DNA of 64,000 nucleotides from Escherichia coli (GTDB lineage: Bacteria; Pseudomonadota; Gammaproteobacteria; Enterobacterales; Enterobacteriaceae), in assembly GCF_003018255.1 (NCBI RefSeq), contig NZ_CP027440.1. One strand, written 5' to 3'. The notes below the pieces were generated by a model, which had not been told where the DNA came from, ran no database searches, and saw only the letters and a list, made by a program, of their open reading frames with translations. Positions 56,082-64,000 of this stretch are shown in pieces (within the stretch, counting starts at the first letter, position 1; each line of letters begins with the position of its first letter). A program made the position numbers and the translations under genes.

Positions 56082-57260
56082 ATGTTTACTAAACGTCACC
56101 GCATCACATTACTGTTCAATGCCAATAAAGCCTATGACCGGCAGGTAGTAGAAGGCGTAGGGGAATATTTACAGGCGTCACAATCGGAATGGGATATTTT
56201 CATTGAAGAAGATTTCCGCGCCCGCATTGATAAAATCAAGGACTGGTTAGGAGATGGCGTCATTGCCGACTTCGACGACAAACAAATCGAGCAAGCGCTG
56301 GCTGATGTCGACGTCCCCATTGTTGGGGTTGGTGGCTCGTATCACCTTGCCGAAAGTTACCCACCCGTTCATTACATTGCCACCGATAACTATGCGCTGG
56401 TTGAAAGCGCATTTTTGCATTTAAAAGAGAAAGGCGTTAACCGCTTTGCTTTTTATGGTCTTCCGGAATCAAGCGGTAAACGTTGGGCCACTGAACGCGA
56501 ATATGCATTTCGTCAGCTTGTCGCCGAAGAAAAGTATCGCGGAGTGGTTTATCAGGGGTTAGAAACCGCGCCAGAGAACTGGCAACACGCGCAAAATCGG
56601 CTGGCAGACTGGCTACAAACGCTGCCACCGCAAACCGGGATTATTGCCGTTACTGACGCCCGGGCGCGGCATATTCTGCAAGTATGTGAACATCTACATA
56701 TTCCCGTACCGGAAAAATTATGCGTGATTGGCATCGATAACGAAGAACTGACCCGCTATCTGTCGCGTGTCGCCCTTTCTTCGGTCGCTCAGGGCGCGCG
56801 GCAAATGGGCTATCAGGCGGCAAAACTGTTGCATCGATTATTAGATAAAGAAGAAATGCCGCTACAGCGGATTTTGGTCCCGCCAGTTCGCGTCATTGAA
56901 CGGCGCTCAACAGATTACCGCTCGCTGACCGATCCCGCCGTTATTCAGGCCATGCATTACATTCGTAATCACGCCTGTAAAGGGATTAAAGTGGATCAGG
57001 TACTGGATGCGGTCGGGATCTCGCGCTCCAATCTTGAGAAGCGTTTTAAAGAAGAGGTGGGTGAAACCATCCATGCCATGATTCATGCCGAGAAGCTGGA
57101 GAAAGCGCGCAGTCTGCTGATTTCAACCACCTTGTCGATCAATGAGATATCGCAAATGTGCGGTTATCCATCGCTGCAATATTTCTACTCTGTTTTTAAA
57201 AAAGCATATGACACGACGCCAAAAGAGTATCGCGATGTAAATAGCGAGGTCATGTTGTAG
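56082..57260 (+). CDS. xylR: xylose operon transcriptional activator XylR (AraC-family C-terminus)
   Basis: 392-aa ORF MFTKRHRITLLFNANKAYDRQVVEGVGEYLQASQSEWDIF... with a C-terminal AraC-type HTH. Confidence 0.94.
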   Translation: MFTKRHRITLLFNANKAYDRQVVEGVGEYLQASQSEWDIFIEEDFRARIDKIKDWLGDGVIADFDDKQIEQALADVDVPIVGVGGSYHLAESYPPVHYIATDNYALVESAFLHLKEKGVNRFAFYGLPESSGKRWATEREYAFRQLVAEEKYRGVVYQGLETAPENWQHAQNRLADWLQTLPPQTGIIAVTDARARHILQVCEHLHIPVPEKLCVIGIDNEELTRYLSRVALSSVAQGARQMGYQAAKLLHRLLDKEEMPLQRILVPPVRVIERRSTDYRSLTDPAVIQAMHYIRNHACKGIKVDQVLDAVGISRSNLEKRFKEEVGETIHAMIHAEKLEKARSLLISTTLSINEISQMCGYPSLQYFYSVFKKAYDTTPKEYRDVNSEVML

Positions 57261-57273
57261 CGATGATGAGAAT

Positions 57274-57355
57274 TGTCGGCGTCGCATCAGGTAACTCAGC
57301 ACAACCACCTGATGCAAGCAAAAGCCTTATCCGACTGACAAGTCGGATAAGGCTC
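57274..57355. repeat. REP-like palindromic elements / terminator between xylR and bax
   Basis: TGTCGGCGTCGCATCAGGT...ACCTGATGCAAGCA and the perfect palindrome GCCTTATCCGACTGACAAGTCGGATAAGGC. Confidence 0.5.
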
Positions 57356-57367
57356 GAGGAAATGCAA

Positions 57368-58192
57368 TTACATATGCGCCGCGATTAACCGTTGGTTATC
57401 CTGGTACATTGCGAACAGGTAGTTGTTATAACTCTTCCCTTTAGTCGAGTAGCCCTTCAGCTTGTGAATCATCGCTGTGGCAGTCACTTCCTGATCCGCT
57501 TTACGCAGCTGTGCACGCGATTTACGGAACGAAGAGTAAGCCGGATGAGTATTCAGGTTAGTGACATAGGCGCTCACCGATTCTTTGACAGAACTAAACT
57601 GTGAGTACCCTTTCACTTTACCCGGCGCATTGGTACAACGTCCTTTCATGCATTTCATGCCGAACAGATTGTTGTTGTTGCGCGCCAGCTTTGACGTTCC
57701 CCAACCGCTTTCTGCTGCAGCCATCGTCGCCACCATACTGGTAGGGATAATGTCTACGCGTTCAAGCAAGGTATTCCACGGGATTTTTCGCGTATTACCA
57801 GACCACTTCACCTTGTAGCGTTTGGCGATGTCTTTCAGACGCGCACGCTCAGCAGGTGACCATTGGCCCTGATACTGTTTTGAAATCAGCCAGTTACGTT
57901 CCGCAGTAATGGCCGCATTTTGGCTGGTAATGTAAGGCATTACAGTCCGGAGAAACGCCTTTTTCCTTGGTGTTCCGGAAGGGTATTTTCGCAAATCAGG
58001 AAGTGAACTACTCTTTGCACTATTGCGAGAATACTCTTGTTTACTGCTTACCTGTTTATTACTAGCTTTAGTTAAGTGGGACTTTTGACTCGCTGTTGTT
58101 GTGTGCGTCTTCGCTAACACCTCACTCGAAAACACCAGAGTGAGTAACATAAGAATCATCGCCCCATATCGTCGTATGGGAGTCAAAATCAT
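57368..58192 (-). CDS. bax: Bax protein (putative glucosaminidase-domain protein)
   Basis: 274-aa ORF MILTPIRRYGAMILMLLTLVFSSEVLA... with an N-terminal signal/TM segment. Confidence 0.88.
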   Translation of the reverse strand: MILTPIRRYGAMILMLLTLVFSSEVLAKTHTTTASQKSHLTKASNKQVSSKQEYSRNSAKSSSLPDLRKYPSGTPRKKAFLRTVMPYITSQNAAITAERNWLISKQYQGQWSPAERARLKDIAKRYKVKWSGNTRKIPWNTLLERVDIIPTSMVATMAAAESGWGTSKLARNNNNLFGMKCMKGRCTNAPGKVKGYSQFSSVKESVSAYVTNLNTHPAYSSFRKSRAQLRKADQEVTATAMIHKLKGYSTKGKSYNNYLFAMYQDNQRLIAAHM

Positions 58193-58511
58193 CAGGTCTC
58201 CTGGTCGGATTTAATCATTCCAACACCTTATATTTTTCACAAATTTGAGAGTTGGATCTCAAATCATATCAAAAATAGCTGTCAAGAGCACCCCAAGGAA
58301 TAGTCCAAATCTGAAACTATGTCACGAGTTAACGATTCAGATTGGCGCTAAATCGCAGAAAATGTGGGGTTTATCGCAAAATTCAGCCGTTTTTTGTGCG
58401 CGATCGCTCACCCTTGCTTCTCATCCTGTGGACTTACCGCTCAGGGATGAGTTTTGTCTGGCTTATCGCTGGCAAACTGTCTGAAATCGCAGCAATAAGG
58501 ACTCATCCGCC
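58193..58511 (+). promoter_or_regulatory. malS promoter region (MalT/CRP-dependent, per established maltose regulon knowledge)
   Basis: 319-bp intergenic region upstream of malS; MalT boxes not precisely mapped. Confidence 0.35.
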
Positions 58512-60539
58512 ATGAAACTCGCCGCCTGTTTTCTGACACTCCTTCCTGGCTTCGCCGTTGCCGCCAGCTGGACTTCTCCGGGGTTTCCCACCTTTAGCGA
58601 ACAGGGGACGGGAACATTTGTCAGCCACGCGCAGTTGCCCAAAGGTACGCGTCCACTAACGCTAAATTTTGACCAACAGTGCTGGCAGCCTGCGGATGCG
58701 ATAAAACTCAATCAGATGCTTTCCCTGCAACCTTGTAGCAACACGCCGCCTCAATGGCGATTGTTCAGGGACGGCGAATATACGCTGCAACTAGACACCC
58801 GCTCCGGTACACCAACATTGATGATTTCCATCCAGAACGCCGTCGAACCGGTAGCAAGCCTGGTCCGTGAATGCCCGAAATGGGATGGATTACCGCTCAC
58901 ACTGGATGTCAGCGCCACTTTTCCGGAGGGAGCCGCCGTCCGGGATTATTACAGCCAGCAAATTGCGATAGTGAAGAACGGTCAAATAACGTTACAACCC
59001 GCTGCCACCAGCAACGGTTTACTCCTGCTGGAACGGGCAGAAACTGACGCCCCTGCCCCTTTCGACTGGCATAACGCCACGGTTTACTTTGTGCTGACAG
59101 ATCGTTTCGAAAACGGCGATCCCAGTAATGACCAGAGTTACGGACGTCATAAAGACGGTATGGCAGAAATTGGCACTTTTCACGGCGGCGATTTACGCGG
59201 CCTGACCAACAAACTGGATTACCTCCAGCAGCTGGGCGTCAATGCTTTATGGATAAGTGCCCCATTTGAGCAAATTCACGGCTGGGTCGGCGGCGGTACA
59301 AAAGGCGATTTCCCGCATTATGCCTACCACGGTTATTACACACAGGACTGGACGAATCTTGATGCCAATATGGGCAGTGAAGCCGATCTACGGACACTGG
59401 TTGATAGCGCGCATCAGCGCGGTATTCGTATTCTCTTTGATGTCGTGATGAACCACACCGGCTATGCCACACTGGCGGATATGCAGGAGTATCAGTTTGG
59501 CGCGTTATATCTTTCTGGTGACGAAGTGAAAAAAACGTTGGGTGAACGCTGGAGCGACTGGAAACCTGCCGCCGGGCAAACCTGGCATAGCTTTAACGAT
59601 TACATTAATTTCAGCGACAAAACAGGCTGGGATAAATGGTGGGGAAAAAACTGGATCAGAACCGATATCGGCGATTACGACAATCCTGGATTTGACGATC
59701 TCACTATGTCGCTGGCCTTTTTGCCGGATATCAAAACCGAATCAACGACCGCTTCTGGTCTGCCGGTGTTCTATAAAAACAAAACGGATACCCACGCTAA
59801 AGTCATCGACGGCTTTACCCCTCGCGATTACTTAACCCACTGGTTAAGTCAGTGGGTTCGCGACTATGGGATTGATGGTTTTCGGGTCGACACCGCCAAA
59901 CATGTTGAGTTGCCCGCCTGGCAGCAACTGAAAACCGAAGCCAGCGCCGCGCTTGTCGAATGGAAAAAAGCGAATCCCGATAAAGCGTTAGATGACAAAC
60001 CGTTCTGGATGACCGGTGAAGCCTGGGGCCACGGCGTGATGCAAAGTGACTACTATCGCCACGGCTTCGATGCGATGATCAATTTCGATTATCAGGAGCA
60101 GGCGGCTAAAGCAGTCGATTGTCTGGCGCAGATGGATACGACCTGGCAGCAAATGGCGGAGAAATTGCAGGATTTCAACGTGTTGAGCTACCTCTCGTCG
60201 CATGATACCCGCCTGTTCCGTGAAGGGGGCGACAAAGCAGCAGAGTTATTATTAGCGCCAGGCGCGGTACAAATCTTTTATGGTGATGAATCCTCGCGTC
60301 CGTTCGGCCCCACCGGTTCGGATCCACTGCAAGGCACGCGTTCGGATATGAACTGGCAGGATGTTAGCGGCAAATCTGCCGCCAGCGTCGCGCACTGGCA
60401 GAAAATCAGCCAGTTCCGCGCCCGCCATCCCGCAATTGGCGCGGGCAAACAAACGACACTTTCGCTGAAGCAGGGCTACGGCTTTGTTCGTGAGCATGGC
60501 GACGATAAAGTGCTGGTCATCTGGGCTGGGCAACAGTAA
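58512..60539 (+). CDS. malS: periplasmic alpha-amylase
   Basis: 675-aa ORF MKLAACFLTLLPGFAVAASWTSPGFP... with signal peptide and GH13 motifs (DVVMNH, GFRVDTAKH). Confidence 0.94.
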   Translation: MKLAACFLTLLPGFAVAASWTSPGFPTFSEQGTGTFVSHAQLPKGTRPLTLNFDQQCWQPADAIKLNQMLSLQPCSNTPPQWRLFRDGEYTLQLDTRSGTPTLMISIQNAVEPVASLVRECPKWDGLPLTLDVSATFPEGAAVRDYYSQQIAIVKNGQITLQPAATSNGLLLLERAETDAPAPFDWHNATVYFVLTDRFENGDPSNDQSYGRHKDGMAEIGTFHGGDLRGLTNKLDYLQQLGVNALWISAPFEQIHGWVGGGTKGDFPHYAYHGYYTQDWTNLDANMGSEADLRTLVDSAHQRGIRILFDVVMNHTGYATLADMQEYQFGALYLSGDEVKKTLGERWSDWKPAAGQTWHSFNDYINFSDKTGWDKWWGKNWIRTDIGDYDNPGFDDLTMSLAFLPDIKTESTTASGLPVFYKNKTDTHAKVIDGFTPRDYLTHWLSQWVRDYGIDGFRVDTAKHVELPAWQQLKTEASAALVEWKKANPDKALDDKPFWMTGEAWGHGVMQSDYYRHGFDAMINFDYQEQAAKAVDCLAQMDTTWQQMAEKLQDFNVLSYLSSHDTRLFREGGDKAAELLLAPGAVQIFYGDESSRPFGPTGSDPLQGTRSDMNWQDVSGKSAASVAHWQKISQFRARHPAIGAGKQTTLSLKQGYGFVREHGDDKVLVIWAGQQ

Positions 60540-60716
60540 CTTTTCCGGCTTCCCGTTCGTCAGTACCTCGGGAAGCCGCCAACCAGGATAAAATGTCAGA
60601 CCTAATCAGCGTTGCAGGATAAAGCACCGCTCCCTCTTCAACAGAGCGATTTGCACCCCAGCAAATGTAGCGTTATTGTTACCTTCCTTGCTACAGAGTT
60701 CGACAGATATCCCGCT

Positions 60717-61970
60717 ATGACATTCTCCCTTTTTGGTGACAAATTTACCCGCCACTCCGGCATTACGCTGCTGATGGAAGATCTGAACGACGGTTTACGC
60801 ACGCCTGGCGCGATTATGCTCGGCGGCGGTAATCCAGCGCAGATCCCGGAAATGCAGGACTACTTCCAGACGCTACTGACCGACATGCTGGAAAGTGGCA
60901 AAGCGACTGATGCACTGTGCAATTACGACGGTCCACAGGGGAAAACGGAGCTACTCACACTGCTTGCCGGAATGCTACGCGAGAAGTTGGGTTGGGATAT
61001 CGAACCACAGAATATTGCACTAACAAACGGCAGCCAGAGCGCGTTTTTCTACTTATTTAATCTGTTCGCCGGACGCCGTGCCGATGGTCGGATCAAAAAA
61101 GTGCTGTTTCCGCTGGCACCGGAATACATTGGCTACGCTGACGCCGGACTGGAAGAAGATCTGTTTGTCTCTGCGCGTCCGAATATTGAGCTGCTGCCGG
61201 AAGGCCAGTTTAAATACCACGTCGATTTTGAGCATCTGCATATTGGCGAAGAAACCGGGATGATTTGCGTCTCCCGGCCGACGAACCCAACAGGCAATGT
61301 GATTACTGACGAAGAGTTGCTGAAGCTTGACGCGCTGGCGAATCAACACGGCATTCCGCTGGTGATTGATAACGCTTATGGCGTCCCGTTCCCGGGTATC
61401 ATCTTCAGCGAAGCGCGCCCGCTGTGGAATCCGAATATCGTACTGTGCATGAGTCTTTCCAAGCTGGGTCTACCAGGCTCCCGCTGCGGCATTATCATCG
61501 CCAATGAAAAAATCATCACCGCCATCACCAATATGAACGGCATTATCAGCCTGGCACCTGGCGGTATTGGTCCGGCGATGATGAGTGAAATGATTAAGCG
61601 TAACGATCTGCTGCGCCTGTCTGAAACAGTCATCAAACCGTTTTACTACCAGCGTGTTCAGGAAACTATCGCTATCATTCGCCGCTATTTACCGGAAGAT
61701 CGCTGCCTGATTCATAAACCGGAAGGAGCCATTTTCCTCTGGCTATGGTTTAAGGATTTGCCCATTACGACCGAGCAGCTCTACCAGCGCCTGAAAGCAC
61801 GGGGCGTGCTGATGGTGCCGGGGCACAACTTCTTCCCAGGGCTGGATAAACCGTGGCCACATACACATCAATGTATGCGCATGAACTACGTGCCGGAGCC
61901 GGAGAAAATTGAGGCGGGTGTGAAGATTCTGGCAGAAGAGATAGAAAGAGCCTGGGCTGAAAGTCACTAA
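60717..61970 (+). CDS. avtA: valine--pyruvate aminotransferase
   Basis: ORF 60612..61970; ATG at 60717 gives MTFSLFGDKFTRHSGITLLMEDLNDGLRTPGAIMLGGGNPAQIP... (417 aa). Confidence 0.93.
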   Translation: MTFSLFGDKFTRHSGITLLMEDLNDGLRTPGAIMLGGGNPAQIPEMQDYFQTLLTDMLESGKATDALCNYDGPQGKTELLTLLAGMLREKLGWDIEPQNIALTNGSQSAFFYLFNLFAGRRADGRIKKVLFPLAPEYIGYADAGLEEDLFVSARPNIELLPEGQFKYHVDFEHLHIGEETGMICVSRPTNPTGNVITDEELLKLDALANQHGIPLVIDNAYGVPFPGIIFSEARPLWNPNIVLCMSLSKLGLPGSRCGIIIANEKIITAITNMNGIISLAPGGIGPAMMSEMIKRNDLLRLSETVIKPFYYQRVQETIAIIRRYLPEDRCLIHKPEGAIFLWLWFKDLPITTEQLYQRLKARGVLMVPGHNFFPGLDKPWPHTHQCMRMNYVPEPEKIEAGVKILAEEIERAWAESH

Positions 61971-61974
61971 AAAT

Positions 61975-62076
61975 TGCCTGATGCGCTACGCTTATCAGGC
62001 CTACATGATTTCTGCAATATATTGAATTTGGTAGAATTTGTAGGCCGGATAAGGCGTTTTAGCCGCATCCGGCATA
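61975..62076. repeat. REP elements between avtA and ysaA
   Basis: GCCTGATGCGCTACGCTTATCAGGCCTACA and GTAGGCCGGATAAGGCGTTTTAGCCGCATCCGGCA are canonical REP palindromes. Confidence 0.7.
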
Positions 62077-62121
62077 AACAAAGCGCACTATCCCTGCGTT
62101 GAGAAACGCCGGAAAAACGTT

Positions 62122-62595
62122 TCAAACAGGCTGCTGCCGTAGCCGATGTCGCTGCACTTTCTCGACATCCATGCACTGCAACGCCTTTGTCGGGCAGGCT
62201 TCAACACAGGCCGGTCCCGTCGCCCGATGCCAGCACAGATCGCACTTAATCGCCCTCGCCTTTTTGCGCGAAGAAACGACCTCCATCGCACCAAACGGGC
62301 AAGCCAGCATACAGCTTTTACAGCCAATGCAACGTGATTGTTCAACGAAAATATGCCCATGTTCGCGGCTTATCGCGTCAACAGGGCAGACATTCGCGCA
62401 CGGTGCATCTTCACACTGATGGCAGGCTACAGCCGTGGTCCATGTGTGGTCTTTAATGACACGAATACGGGAAATAAACTCGTCTGGTGACAACGCAGCG
62501 CAATCCTGATTCTCCTGATGCGACACTGCGCAAGCCACTTCACAGGTACGGCAACCGATACATTTCGTCGCATCCGCAATAATAAACCGGTTCAT
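62122..62595 (-). CDS. ysaA: 4Fe-4S ferredoxin-type protein YsaA
   Basis: ATG at 62593..62595 gives MNRFIIADATKCIGCRTCEVACA... (157 aa) with multiple CxxCxxCxxxCP motifs. Confidence 0.88.
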   Translation of the reverse strand: MNRFIIADATKCIGCRTCEVACAVSHQENQDCAALSPDEFISRIRVIKDHTWTTAVACHQCEDAPCANVCPVDAISREHGHIFVEQSRCIGCKSCMLACPFGAMEVVSSRKKARAIKCDLCWHRATGPACVEACPTKALQCMDVEKVQRHRLRQQPV

Positions 62596-62696
62596 GATCA
62601 CTCCTTTGCACTAAAACAGCAGAGTGCCAGAGAGCGCGTCTCTACTGCTTTGATCCAACGAAGGAAATGTTAAAGTTTTGGCACTTGTCCAAAGCG

Positions 62697-63545
62697 TTAT
62701 GTGATCGCGCCCTGGTCGTCCCTGACAGTAAATCCCAGTTCATTAGAAATAGCCTGCGCGGTTTCACGCAGTGGTTTCAGGAGATTTTTCTCCCCCACCT
62801 GTTTCAGACGTGATGTCGAAAGCGAAATCGACACGGCGTACGGCACCCGCCCATGAATATCAAACACCGGAACAGCAATACAGGAGACGCCGAGTTCGTT
62901 TTCTTCTCTGTCCATCGCCGCTCCGCTTTCACGAATGTGCGCCAGTTCGTCGAACATCGCGGGCAGCTCGGTAATGGTATTGCGGGTTAACGGCTGGATC
63001 TCATGCTGATGGCTTTCCCAGTATGACTTCACGTAGTCCGGGTGGCCAAACGCCATGTAGATCTTGCCCATTGCGGAACAGTAGAGCGGCATATGCTGGC
63101 CAATATAGGCACGGGTTCGCAGCATCCCGGTTGTGGGTTCCAGCTTATAAATCAAAATAGCGTGATCGTCTTCGCGGCTGGAGAAGTTAATAGTTTCACC
63201 AGTGGCGATGTTCAGTGCCTCAAGATGCGGAGCGGCGATATGAATGATATTCAGCGAAGACAGCGCCTTCTGCCCGACGGCAATAAATTTGGTGGTCAGG
63301 CGATAACTCCCTGCGGCGGGCGCGGTGGTCACATAGCCGCAGGATTGTAATCCCTGCAATAAGCGATGGACGGTACTCTTATTTAAACCAGCCAGCTCCG
63401 AAAGATGCGCCAACGGACAACCGTTTGGATAGTTGCTCAAAATCTCAATCAGCATCAACCCGCGAAACAGACTCTGGCTTCCGGCTGGACGCTCTTTTTC
63501 CTGCGCCATCTCGTTCTCTTTTTTTCCCATCACTTCTTTCCCCAT
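62697..63545 (-). CDS. yiaJ: IclR-family transcriptional repressor YiaJ
   Basis: 282-aa ORF with an N-terminal HTH (LSELAGLNKSTVHRLLQGL) and an IclR effector domain. Confidence 0.9.
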   Translation of the reverse strand: MGKEVMGKKENEMAQEKERPAGSQSLFRGLMLIEILSNYPNGCPLAHLSELAGLNKSTVHRLLQGLQSCGYVTTAPAAGSYRLTTKFIAVGQKALSSLNIIHIAAPHLEALNIATGETINFSSREDDHAILIYKLEPTTGMLRTRAYIGQHMPLYCSAMGKIYMAFGHPDYVKSYWESHQHEIQPLTRNTITELPAMFDELAHIRESGAAMDREENELGVSCIAVPVFDIHGRVPYAVSISLSTSRLKQVGEKNLLKPLRETAQAISNELGFTVRDDQGAIT

Positions 63546-63745
63546 TTTGTCGCGTCAAGATGGTAGCGCAAAGTGTGTCGTAGTTCACGATCTCGACAGA
63601 TAATTTATAACCACTTGATTTTTAAGTTTTTTGAAATTCATCAATCAGATTGCTTTGTTAAAAAGCGATCGATATATTTGAAATCAGATTTCGCATATTG
63701 AAATTTTAAGCCAAAAAAGCGATCAAAAAAACAAGGAAGCCAGGG

Positions 63746-64000
63746 ATGAAAGTGACATTTGAGCAGTTAAAAGCAGCCTTTAATCGAGTCTTAATTTCAC
63801 GCGACGTTGACAGCGAAACGGCTGATGCCTGTGCCGAAATGTTCGCCCGCACCACCGAATCCGGCGTTTATTCTCACGGCGTCAACCGTTTCCCTCGTTT
63901 CATTCAACAACTGGAAAACGGAGATATCATTCCTGATGCCCAACCCAAACGTATAACCAGCCTCGGCGCAATTGAACAGTGGGACGCCCAGCGTTCGATC
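63746..64000 (+). CDS. yiaK: 2,3-diketo-L-gulonate reductase YiaK, N-terminal part (runs off window end)
   Basis: ATG at 63746 followed by [60 protein letters not shown]...; divergent from yiaJ. Confidence 0.85.
   Translation, partial: MKVTFEQLKAAFNRVLISRDVDSETADACAEMFARTTESGVYSHGVNRFPRFIQQLENGDIIPDAQPKRITSLGAIEQWDAQRSI

Overview
This window reads as a syntenic core-chromosome segment of Escherichia coli (non-K-12-like), with no evidence of a novel multi-gene system. Gene content, in order: pdeH (5' part), kdgK, yhjJ, dctA, pdeK, the cellulose locus bcsRQABZC / bcsEFG, a 4-copy tandem ldr/rdl type I toxin-antitoxin array, yhjV, dppFDCBA, tRNA-Pro (proK), eptB, yhjX, yhjY, tag, yiaC, bisC, yiaD, ghrB, yiaF, yiaG, cspA, mokA/hokA, glySQ, ysaB, wecH, yiaA, yiaB, xylBA / xylFGHR, bax, malS, avtA, ysaA, yiaJ and the start of yiaK. 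Identifications rest on the supplied ORF translations matched against recalled E. coli protein sequences and on motifs read directly from the DNA; no database search was run. I see no transposase, integrase, phage gene or CRISPR array. The points worth a second look are strain-level variants: (1) a +1 frameshift splitting bcsG into 266-aa and 304-aa ORFs; (2) four tandem ldr/rdl copies with a 483-bp period encoding three Ldr toxin variants; (3) an 18-bp in-frame tandem duplication in bcsC; (4) a 108-bp direct repeat at proK carrying the tRNA 3' end plus terminator; (5) an intact bcsQ and a compact mokA/hokA locus without an IS element.
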